64,000 nt of DNA, from NCBI GenBank assembly GCA_902780135.1, contig CACZEK010000004.1, positions 7,146-71,145 of the forward strand, read 5' to 3'. Source of the stretch: an uncultured bacterium (GTDB lineage: Bacteria; Verrucomicrobiota; Lentisphaeria; Victivallales; UBA1829). The notes beneath the pieces are model-generated. The model was not told the origin of the DNA, made no database searches, and worked only from the letters and a program-made list of their open reading frames with translations. Made by a program: the position numbers and the translations under genes. Below, in pieces: positions 9,066 to 16,366 of the stretch; within the stretch, counting starts at the first letter, position 1; each line of letters opens with the position of its first letter.

Positions 9066-9869
9066 ATGGCAGCTATCACCCCGCAAATGGTCAAGGAACT
9101 GCGCGACAAGACCGACGCAGGCATGGGCGAGTGCAAGAAGGCCCTCATCGAAGCGAACGGCGACATTGAAGCCGCTGTCGATATCCTCCGCAAGGCCGGT
9201 ATCGCCAAGAGCGCGCACCGCGCCGACCGCGCCACCGCAGAAGGCAAGATCTTCGTCGCCGTCGACGGCAACCAGGCGCTCATGCTCGAAGTCTGCTGCG
9301 AGACCGACTTCGTCGCCAACAACGAAAAGTTCCTCGAATACGGCAACGGCGCCGCGAAGAAGATCCTCGCGAACACCACCGGCGACGGCGACGTCACCGA
9401 GGCCGCGCAGAAGTCCGAAGAGACCGAGCTCGCCGCCCTGTTCTCCAAGTTCGGCGAGAAGATGATCATCCGCCGCGCCCTCCGCTACACCACCGACCAG
9501 AAGATCGCCTACTACATCCACTTCAACGGAAAGATCGGCGTCCTCCTCGACATCGGCGGCGAAATCGACGAAGCCGGCATCAAGAACACCTGCCTCCAGA
9601 TCTGCGCCTCCAATCCGCAGTACGTCAACTCCTCCGAAGTCCCGGCCGACGCGATCGCCCACGAAAAGGAAATCGCCACCGCCCAGCTCAAGGAGAGCGG
9701 CAAGCCCGAGAACATCATCGAGAAGATCGTCGCCGGCAAGATCAACAGCTGGTACGGCGAGATCTGCCTCGTGAACCAGCCCTGGATCCTTGACAACAAG
9801 ACCACCTTCGGCAAGCTCTTCCCGAAGGCCACCGTCAAGCGTTTCGCCCGCTGGGCCGTCGGTCAGTAA
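9066..9869 (+). CDS. tsf: Elongation factor Ts
   Basis: MAAITPQMVKELRDKTDAGMGECKKALIEANGDIEAAVDILRKAG (UBA-like N-terminus of EF-Ts). Immediately after rpsB. Confidence 0.95.
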   Translation: MAAITPQMVKELRDKTDAGMGECKKALIEANGDIEAAVDILRKAGIAKSAHRADRATAEGKIFVAVDGNQALMLEVCCETDFVANNEKFLEYGNGAAKKILANTTGDGDVTEAAQKSEETELAALFSKFGEKMIIRRALRYTTDQKIAYYIHFNGKIGVLLDIGGEIDEAGIKNTCLQICASNPQYVNSSEVPADAIAHEKEIATAQLKESGKPENIIEKIVAGKINSWYGEICLVNQPWILDNKTTFGKLFPKATVKRFARWAVGQ

Positions 9870-9901
9870 TTCACTCCCGACAGTTTCTCCGAAACTCCGA
9901 A

Positions 9902-9940
9902 CCCGATCCGGTTTCCGCCGGACCGGGTTTTTGCTTTTTT
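9902..9940 (+). terminator. tsf intrinsic terminator (its 3' half is also the first copy of the repeat boundary motif)
   Basis: CCCGATCCGG-TTTCCG-CCGGACCGGG followed by TTTTTGCTTTTTT. Confidence 0.7.
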
Positions 9941-10171
9941 GCGCTTACGCGAAGCAGAGTGCTGCAGCAGTCAAGGACCAGTTCATGTGCCGTCGCGAAG
10001 CACGGCACTGCTAAAGTGGAGGACTTGTCCTCCCCGCCGGACCGGTTTTTTGCTTTTTTGCGCTTACGCGAAGCAGAGCGCTGCAGCAGTCAGGGACCAG
10101 TCCTTGTGCCGTCGCGAAGCACGGCACTGCTAAAGTGGAGGACTTGTCCTCCCCGCCGGACCGGGTTTTTT
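9915..10171. repeat. Tandem 119-bp structured intergenic repeat: two full units plus the boundary motif of a third
   Basis: CCGCCGGACCGG occurs at 9915, 10034 and 10153, an exact 119-bp period. The units differ at about 6 positions. Each holds hairpin GTGCCGT-C-GCGAAGC-ACGGCAC, hairpin GGAGGA-CTTG-TCCTCC and CCGGACCGGG+T-run. Confidence 0.9.
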
Positions 10172-10307
10172 CATGTCGCCCCCCCCTGCCTTGTTGAACT
10201 AAAAAACGTTGCCGTTCGCGTTTCGCGGAAAAAAGACAGTCGAGCGTAAGCGAGCTTACCGAGGCGGCGCAGCCGCCCCCAGCGAAGCGTGACGCATTGC
10301 GTCCTAA

Positions 10308-10375
10308 GTGCCGGAAGCGAAGCCCGGCACTGCTAAAGTGGAGGACTTGTCCTCCCCGCCAGACCGGGTTTTTCA
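10308..10375. repeat. Diverged extra copy of the 3' module of the 119-bp repeat
   Basis: GTGCCGG-AA-GCGAAGC-CCGGCAC then TGCTAAAGTGGAGGACTTGTCCTCCCCGCCAGACCGGGTTTTT. The last ~48 nt are near-identical to units 1 and 2. The first hairpin is kept through a compensatory T:A to G:C change. Confidence 0.85.
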
Positions 10376-10381
10376 TGTCTG

Positions 10382-10534
10382 TCACATTGGAATCTGCAGC
10401 AAATGAAGCAATGCCTTACAAAATTCTACTCCGAGTTGAAAAAGTGTGATGATCGTGTCGGGTCCCAGGTTGTGCATGATAAGTGATACATAGCCCAGAC
10501 GGCTCCAGTAAAAAGATACTATGTTCTTATTCAT
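10382..10534 (-). CDS. Hypothetical 50-aa ORF in a low-GC islet (speculative)
   Basis: Own translation: MNKNIVSFYWSRLGYVSLIMHNLGPDTIITLFQLGVEFCKALLHLLQIPM. GGAAGGAG SD 7 nt upstream of ATG. Not in the supplied ORF track. Local GC is visibly lower than the flanks. Confidence 0.3.
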   Translation of the reverse strand: MNKNIVSFYWSRLGYVSLIMHNLGPDTIITLFQLGVEFCKALLHLLQIPM

Positions 10535-10747
10535 AGTATTTCTCCTTCCGAGTGCGGTTGTTTATGAATGCACTCTGTCGAAACCGGGGCGTCAAAAAGG
10601 GGGAAAGAAACCGATGCTGGCATTTCCCGCGTAACCTCAGGGCAGGAAGGTTGAGAGCCTGCAACGGAGAGATGGTTCCGGAAACCGCCTTTTTTCCCAT
10701 TTGTCCGGCCCGTACGCGAAATAATAAGAAAAAAGCGGGAAAGCGGA

Positions 10748-10776
10748 TTGAAAATCAGGAGAAAAGGGTGTATATT
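10748..10776 (+). promoter_or_regulatory. Candidate promoter of tig
   Basis: TTGAAA-N17-TATATT. Followed by inverted repeat CTCAAA-N5-TTTGAG (10782..10798). Confidence 0.55.
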
Positions 10777-10880
10777 ACATACTCAAATCTTTTTTGAGAA
10801 GGTCCCCGCAACCGCGCGGGACCGTCCGGATCCGTTACCGACACAACATTCAGATAACCAATCACGAAGGCAAGACGAAC

Positions 10881-12209
10881 ATGTCCAATCCCACCTGGAA
10901 AGAACAATTCACCCTCACCATCACCGACACCGACGTCTGCGGCCGCGACGCGAAATTCGTGCTCCCCGCGGAAGCCTCCAAAGACCTTTTCCTGACCGCC
11001 GCGAAGGGCGTCGCCCGCAAGGCGCAGATCCCCGGATTCCGTCCCGGCAAGGCCCCGATCGCCATGGTGAAGGCGCGCTATAAAGGCTACATCGACGAGG
11101 AAGCCGGACGCCTGGTCCAGGTCGCCGCGTACGACCTGCTCTCCAAGAAGGCCGACGAGCTCGACATCATCTCCTATAGCAAGCTCGAGCCGGAAGGGAC
11201 GCTCGAAGAGGGCAAGGAATTCACGATGAAATGCGATTTCGAGATCGCGCCCGAATTCGAGCTCCCGGACTACAAGGACCTCGGCGAAGTCGCGGCCTCC
11301 GAGGACGTCGCCAAGATCGAGGAAGACCTCATCGAACGCGCCAAGGCGCAGTACAGCAGCTTCGTGAAGATCGAGGACGCTGCGAAGGAAGGCGACATGC
11401 TCCACGTCTCCTACGAGAGCGATTTCGCGCTCCCCGAAGACGCCTCCGATTCCCTGAAGCGCGCGGTCAAGAACGATTCCGCCTGGATCTACCTGATCGG
11501 ACAGGAAATGATCCCCGGCGTGAACGCCGCGCTCACCGGCGCGTCCGTCGGCGACGAACGCGAATTCACCGCCGAGTTCCCCGCCGACTGGCGCGAGGAA
11601 GGCCTCCGCGGCAAGAAGGTCACCTACAAGATGAAGATCCACGACGGCCAGCGCCGCGAGCCGATCGAAGACATGGCGAAGCTCGCCGAGAAGATGGAGT
11701 TCAAGTCCGCCGAAGAGCTGACGAAGTTCTACCACGACCTCGCGACCCGCCAGGCGGAGATCATGAGCCGTTCCAAGACGATGGAGTCCATCCAGGCCGC
11801 CATCCTCGAAAAGGCGCCGCAGTTCGACCTGCCGAAGAAGTCGCTCGAGACCGCCACGGACAACGAGTACAAGCTGCTCCAGTACGCGGTCGGACAGGAC
11901 AAGGAAGCCCTTGAGAAGTTCGAAGCCGAGAAGGACCAGCACATGGAAGAGGCGAAGAAGAAAGCCTCCGAACAGCTCCGCAAGAACTTCATCATGCGCA
12001 AGATCGCCAGGATCGAGGAAGTCAAGCTCTCCGAGCAGGAAATCGCCCAGGCGATCCAGAACATGGCGCAGCAGACCCGCATGGAGCCCGCCCGCCTCGC
12101 CGAGATCCTCCAGCGCACCGGCCGTCTCAACGAGCTTGAGATCGAGCTCCTCGTGGAGAAGACCCTCGGCGTGCTCGCGGAACGCCGCATGAAAGCCGCC
12201 GCGAAGTAA
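10881..12209 (+). CDS. tig: Trigger factor
   Basis: [13 protein letters not shown].. with [16 protein letters not shown] (ribosome-binding signature GFRxGxxP). Upstream of clpP-clpX as in many bacteria. Confidence 0.93.
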   Translation: MSNPTWKEQFTLTITDTDVCGRDAKFVLPAEASKDLFLTAAKGVARKAQIPGFRPGKAPIAMVKARYKGYIDEEAGRLVQVAAYDLLSKKADELDIISYSKLEPEGTLEEGKEFTMKCDFEIAPEFELPDYKDLGEVAASEDVAKIEEDLIERAKAQYSSFVKIEDAAKEGDMLHVSYESDFALPEDASDSLKRAVKNDSAWIYLIGQEMIPGVNAALTGASVGDEREFTAEFPADWREEGLRGKKVTYKMKIHDGQRREPIEDMAKLAEKMEFKSAEELTKFYHDLATRQAEIMSRSKTMESIQAAILEKAPQFDLPKKSLETATDNEYKLLQYAVGQDKEALEKFEAEKDQHMEEAKKKASEQLRKNFIMRKIARIEEVKLSEQEIAQAIQNMAQQTRMEPARLAEILQRTGRLNELEIELLVEKTLGVLAERRMKAAAK

Positions 12210-12220
12210 AAAACGAACGG

Positions 12221-12257
12221 AACGCCGGAGGAGTACCAGCTCCTTTCGGCGTTTTTT
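12221..12257 (+). terminator. tig intrinsic terminator
   Basis: AACGCCGGAGGAG-TACCAG-CTCCTTTCGGCGTT followed by a T-run. Confidence 0.7.
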
Positions 12258-12372
12258 ATCAAGGACTGGCCATTCCGCCAGCAGAATGACCGGCCTTTGC
12301 GCGTCGAAAGAAGCACGAAGGCCGCGCATTTTTGACAGAGAATCGAAAACAAGAAGACAAGGAGATGAAACC

Positions 12373-13008
12373 ATGAAACCGACCGGAACCCGCAACACCC
12401 TCGTGCCCATCGTCGTCGAACAAACCGGAAACGGCGAACGTTCCTATGACATTTATTCCCGTCTGCTCCGCGACCGCATCATCCTGCTGGGCGATCCCAT
12501 CGACGACGCCATCGCGAACCTCGTCGTGGCGGAACTGCTGTTCCTGAAGAGCGAGGACCCGAAGAAGGACATCTCCCTGTACATCAATTCGCCGGGCGGC
12601 GTGGTGACCGCCGGGCTCGCCATCTACGACACGATCCAGTCGCTCCCGTGCGACGTCTGCACGTTCTGCATGGGGCAGGCGGCGTCTATGGCGGCGGTGC
12701 TGCTTTCCGCCGGAACGCAGGGCAAGCGCTACGCCCTGCCGTCCGCGCGCATCATGATCCACCAGGTCCTCGGCGGCGCGGAAGGCCAGGCGACGGACAT
12801 CGAGATCCACACGAAGGAGATCCTGCGGACGAAAGCCGCGCTGAACGCCATCCTGGCGAAGCACTCCGGCCAGACGCTGAAGAAGATCGAACGCGACACC
12901 GAGCGCGACTACTTCATGTCCGCCGAGGAAGCCGTGGCGTACGGCCTTGTCGACCATGTCCTGCCGCCCCGCGCGGACGTCGCCGCCCTCAAAGTCAAGG
13001 GGAGCTGA
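12373..13008 (+). CDS. clpP: ATP-dependent Clp protease proteolytic subunit
   Basis: [63 protein letters not shown] (Ser-His-Asp context). Confidence 0.96.
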   Translation: MKPTGTRNTLVPIVVEQTGNGERSYDIYSRLLRDRIILLGDPIDDAIANLVVAELLFLKSEDPKKDISLYINSPGGVVTAGLAIYDTIQSLPCDVCTFCMGQAASMAAVLLSAGTQGKRYALPSARIMIHQVLGGAEGQATDIEIHTKEILRTKAALNAILAKHSGQTLKKIERDTERDYFMSAEEAVAYGLVDHVLPPRADVAALKVKGS

Positions 13009-13011
13009 GCC

Positions 13012-14349
13012 ATGAAGAAACCCGAACGCTGTTCGTTCTGCGGACGCACGGAAGACGAGGTGAAGGGCGGCCTGCTGACCGGGCCGAGCGGCGCGTCCAT
13101 CTGCCGCGGCTGCGTGTCCATCTGCGACACGCTGTTCAGCCGGAACGGCTTTCCCGGCACGCCGCCGAAAAGCCGTGTGACGGTCGATGGCGCGGACGAC
13201 GATTTCGAACCCGCCGCCGAAAAGTCCGGCCGCCTGCCGTCGTTCGTGGACCATCTGGACGTTCCGACGCCCGCTGACATCAAGGCGGAGCTCGACCGCT
13301 ACGTGATCGGCCAGGAACAGGCGAAGAAGATCCTGTCCGTCGCCGTTCACAACCACTACAACCGCCTGAAATCGAAAAACCTCTACGATTCCTCCGACGT
13401 CGACCTGGACAAGAGCAACGTCCTGCTGATCGGCCCCACGGGCAGCGGCAAGACGCTCATCGCGCGCACCCTCGCGAAGATGCTCGACGTGCCGTTCTGC
13501 ATCACCGACGCCACGACCCTGACGGAAGCCGGGTACGTGGGCGAGGACGTGGAAAACATCATCCTGCGCCTCGTGCAGGCCGCCGACTACGACCTCGACC
13601 GCGCGCAGGTCGGCATCATCTACGTCGACGAGATCGACAAGATCGCGAAGAAGAGCCAGAACGTCTCCATCACGCGCGACGTTTCCGGCGAAGGCGTGCA
13701 GCAGGCGCTGCTGAAGATCCTCGAAGGCACCGTCTCCAACGTCCCGCCGAAGGGCGGCCGCAAGCACCCGCAGCAGGAATACCTGCACGTCGACACCTCG
13801 AACATCCTCTTCATCTGCGGCGGCGCGTTCGTGGGGCTGGACAAGATCGTCCAGCGCCGCGTGGGGCGTCACGTGCTCGGCTTCACGCAGGGCACGGAGA
13901 ACGCCAGCGAGGAGGACAAGCGCACCGAGGAGGAGAACAGGCTCCTGCTCGAATCGCCGCTCTCCGCCGTGGAGCCGGAGGATTTCGTGCATTTCGGCAT
14001 GATCCCCGAGTTCATGGGCCGCATGCCCGTCACGGCCGCGCTCACCCCGCTCGACGAGGAGGCGCTGAAGCGCATCCTGACCGAGCCGAAGAACTCGATC
14101 GTGCGCCAGTACACCGCGCTCATGGAAATGGAAGGCGTGAAGCTGTCCTTCACGGACGGCGCCATCGCCGCGCTCGCGAAGAAAGCCTACGAAAAGGGCA
14201 CGGGCGCGCGCGGCCTCCGCTCCATCATGGAGAGCATCATGCTGGACGTGATGTACGACGTGCCGTCGCGCAAGGACGTGGCGGAATGCGTCATCACGGA
14301 GGAAGCGGTGAACGGCGGCGCGGCGAAGCTCGTGATGAAGAAGAAATGA
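13012..14349 (+). CDS. clpX: ATP-dependent Clp protease ATP-binding subunit ClpX
   Basis: N-terminal Zn finger [14 protein letters not shown]. Walker [20 protein letters not shown]. Confidence 0.97.
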   Translation: MKKPERCSFCGRTEDEVKGGLLTGPSGASICRGCVSICDTLFSRNGFPGTPPKSRVTVDGADDDFEPAAEKSGRLPSFVDHLDVPTPADIKAELDRYVIGQEQAKKILSVAVHNHYNRLKSKNLYDSSDVDLDKSNVLLIGPTGSGKTLIARTLAKMLDVPFCITDATTLTEAGYVGEDVENIILRLVQAADYDLDRAQVGIIYVDEIDKIAKKSQNVSITRDVSGEGVQQALLKILEGTVSNVPPKGGRKHPQQEYLHVDTSNILFICGGAFVGLDKIVQRRVGRHVLGFTQGTENASEEDKRTEEENRLLLESPLSAVEPEDFVHFGMIPEFMGRMPVTAALTPLDEEALKRILTEPKNSIVRQYTALMEMEGVKLSFTDGAIAALAKKAYEKGTGARGLRSIMESIMLDVMYDVPSRKDVAECVITEEAVNGGAAKLVMKKK

Positions 14350-14413
14350 ACGGGCGCGCGCCTCACGGAAAAACGCAACGACAAACAAATCATATACGGA
14401 AAGGCAGACAAAC

Positions 14414-15076
14414 ATGGAACTTTTTCAGCAGAACGTCAAAGCCGCTCTTGACCGCCTGAGCGCGATCCGGATCGTCCCGGTCCTGGTCCTCGACAACCTC
14501 GAAGACGGCCTCAAAATGTGCTCGGTCCTCCAGGAGAAACAGCTTCCGGCGGCCGAGATCACGTTCCGCACCGAAGCCGCGGAGAGCGTCATCCGCGCGG
14601 CCGCGAAGGAGTTCCCCGGCCTCTACCTGGGCGCGGGCACCGTGCTGAACGTGCGCGACCTGCACCGGGCGTTCGAGGCGGGCGCGAAGTTCGCCGTGGC
14701 ACCTGGCTTCAACCCGACCGTCGTGAAGGAAGCCGTGAAATGCGGATTCCCGTTCGCGCCGGGCGTGTGCACCCCGTCCGAGGCGGAACAGGCGATGGAG
14801 CTGGGCTGCCGTTTCCTGAAGTATTTCCCGGCGGAGGCCGCGGGCGGCGTGAAGTTCCTGAAGTCCCTGATTGCGCCCTATAAGCATCTCGGCGTCCGCT
14901 TCATGCCCACCGGCGGCGTGACGAGCGCGAACGCGGCGGACTACCTGGCGGTCCCGGAGATCGCGGCGGTCGGCGGCACCTGGCTCGGCAAGACCGCCGA
15001 CATGCGCGCCGGAAACTGGGACGCCATCGGACAGGCGGTCGCCGACGCCGTGGCGCTCGTGCGCAGCCTGGCATAA
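14414..15076 (+). CDS. eda: 2-dehydro-3-deoxyphosphogluconate / 4-hydroxy-2-oxoglutarate aldolase
   Basis: 220 aa. IVPVLVLD..AAEITFRT..GAGTVLN..FAVAPG..PGVCTPSE..LKYFPAE..GG..MPTGGV, typical of KDPG aldolases. Confidence 0.85.
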   Translation: MELFQQNVKAALDRLSAIRIVPVLVLDNLEDGLKMCSVLQEKQLPAAEITFRTEAAESVIRAAAKEFPGLYLGAGTVLNVRDLHRAFEAGAKFAVAPGFNPTVVKEAVKCGFPFAPGVCTPSEAEQAMELGCRFLKYFPAEAAGGVKFLKSLIAPYKHLGVRFMPTGGVTSANAADYLAVPEIAAVGGTWLGKTADMRAGNWDAIGQAVADAVALVRSLA

Positions 15077-15094
15077 TCCCCCCGGAGACGACGA

Positions 15095-16189
15095 ATGACC
15101 ATTGACGAAGTCAAAGCGCACGGCGCGGACCTGACCGAACGCCTGTCGAAGCTGTCGAGCTATCTGCACGTGGACGAGACTCTGGCGCAGATCGCCGAGA
15201 TCGAAAAGACCATGGCGCAGAACGATTTCTGGGACGACAAGGAGAAGGCGCAGGCGACCGTGCAGAAACTCTCCTCCTGCAAGAACATCGTGGAGCCGTT
15301 CAACAAGCTCAAGCGCGAGGCGGACGACTTCCTCGCGATCGCCGAACTCGCCGAGGAGGACCCGTCGTTCCTGGAGGAATCCGACGACGCCTGGGCGAAG
15401 CTCGAAGCCGCGCTTTCCAAGCTCGAGATCGTGAGCTTCCTTTCCGGCAAGTTCGACCGCTGCAACAGCTTCGTGTACATCCATGCGGGCGCGGGCGGCA
15501 CCGAGTCCTGCGACTGGGCAAGCATCCTGCTCCGCATGTACCGCCGCTGGTTCGAACGCCGCGGATTCCAGGACGAGATCATCGACATGCAGCCCGGCGA
15601 CGAGGCAGGCATCAAGAGCGCGGTCCTGAAAGTGACCGGCGAGTTCGTCTACGGCTACATGCGCGCCGAACGCGGCGTGCACCGCCTCGTCCGCATCTCC
15701 CCGTTCGACGCCAACGCGCGCCGCCATACGTCGTTCGCCTCCGTCGACGCCTTTCCGGAGATCGAGGACGAGATCGACATCGAGATCGACGAGAAGGACC
15801 TCCGCGTCGACACCTACCGCGCGTCCGGCGCGGGCGGCCAGTACGTGAACCGTACGGACAGCGCGGTCCGCATCACCCACCTGCCGACCGGCGTGGTCGT
15901 CTCCTGCCAGGTGGAACGCTCCCAGCACAAGAACCGCGCGATGGCGATGCAGATGCTGAAGGCTCGCCTGTACGAACTCGAAGAGGAAAAACGCCGTCAG
16001 CAGGCGGCGCAGATCTCCGGCGAGAAGACGGACAACTCCTGGGGCAACCAGATCCGCTCCTACGTGCTTCAGCCGTATCAGATGGTGAAGGATCTCCGCA
16101 CCGGCGTGGAGACGGGCAACACCGCCGCCGTGCTCGACGGCGACCTGGACCAGTTCGTCGAAGCCTGGCTTCGCTCCGGCACGAAATAA
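15095..16189 (+). CDS. prfB: Peptide chain release factor 2 (single uninterrupted frame)
   Basis: SPF tripeptide (RISPFDANARRHTSFASV) and GGQ (SGAGGQYVNRTDSAVRITH). 364 aa with no in-frame UGA near codon 25. Confidence 0.95.
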   Translation: MTIDEVKAHGADLTERLSKLSSYLHVDETLAQIAEIEKTMAQNDFWDDKEKAQATVQKLSSCKNIVEPFNKLKREADDFLAIAELAEEDPSFLEESDDAWAKLEAALSKLEIVSFLSGKFDRCNSFVYIHAGAGGTESCDWASILLRMYRRWFERRGFQDEIIDMQPGDEAGIKSAVLKVTGEFVYGYMRAERGVHRLVRISPFDANARRHTSFASVDAFPEIEDEIDIEIDEKDLRVDTYRASGAGGQYVNRTDSAVRITHLPTGVVVSCQVERSQHKNRAMAMQMLKARLYELEEEKRRQQAAQISGEKTDNSWGNQIRSYVLQPYQMVKDLRTGVETGNTAAVLDGDLDQFVEAWLRSGTK

Positions 16190-16214
16190 GTCCTGTCCGG
16201 CATGTATTCACAGT

Positions 16215-16250
16215 CCCCGCTCCGGAAACGGCGCGGGGGCTTTCCTTTTT
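16215..16250 (+). terminator. prfB intrinsic terminator
   Basis: CCCCGCTCCG-GAAA-CGGCGCGGGG followed by CTTTCCTTTTT. Confidence 0.7.
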
Positions 16251-16291
16251 ACGCCCGTGCGGGGGGGAATGTCTTTTATTTTCTTTTTCGA

Positions 16292-16320
16292 TTGGAAAAG
16301 GCGCGGAGAAGTGATATATT
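16292..16320 (+). promoter_or_regulatory. Candidate promoter of activase-fusion gene
   Basis: TTGGAA-N17-TATATT. Confidence 0.55.
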
Positions 16321-16323
16321 ATA

Positions 16324-16341
16324 TAGATAATTTTTTATCTA
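16324..16341. promoter_or_regulatory. Perfect 7-4-7 palindrome at predicted +1 (candidate operator)
   Basis: TAGATAA-TTTT-TTATCTA, starting 4 nt after the -10 hexamer. Confidence 0.35.
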
Positions 16342-16366
16342 ACACATTTGCTTTTGGGTGCTTTTG

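Noticed and set aside
10308-10330. SRP (4.5S) RNA-like CCGGAAG..AGC motif.
   Set aside because: There is only a superficial resemblance to the domain IV GGAA tetraloop region. The conserved symmetric and asymmetric loop sequence and the flanking helix are absent.
9915-10375. Possible CRISPR array.
   Set aside because: The whole 119-bp unit is repeated, so there are no short direct repeats separated by unique spacers. No cas genes are present in the window.
9939-10385. Track ORFs inside the repeat array (9939..10133 +, 9959..10249 +, 10011..10385 -).
   Set aside because: They simply read through the tandem repeats and hairpins. They have no SD. Their frames are not preserved between repeat units, since indels between units (GGGTTTTT versus GGTTTTTT) shift the frame.
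10552-10797. 81-aa plus ORF between the islet and tig.
   Set aside because: It runs through the predicted tig promoter, has no SD, and has an Arg/Asn/Lys-rich composition unlike the real genes here.
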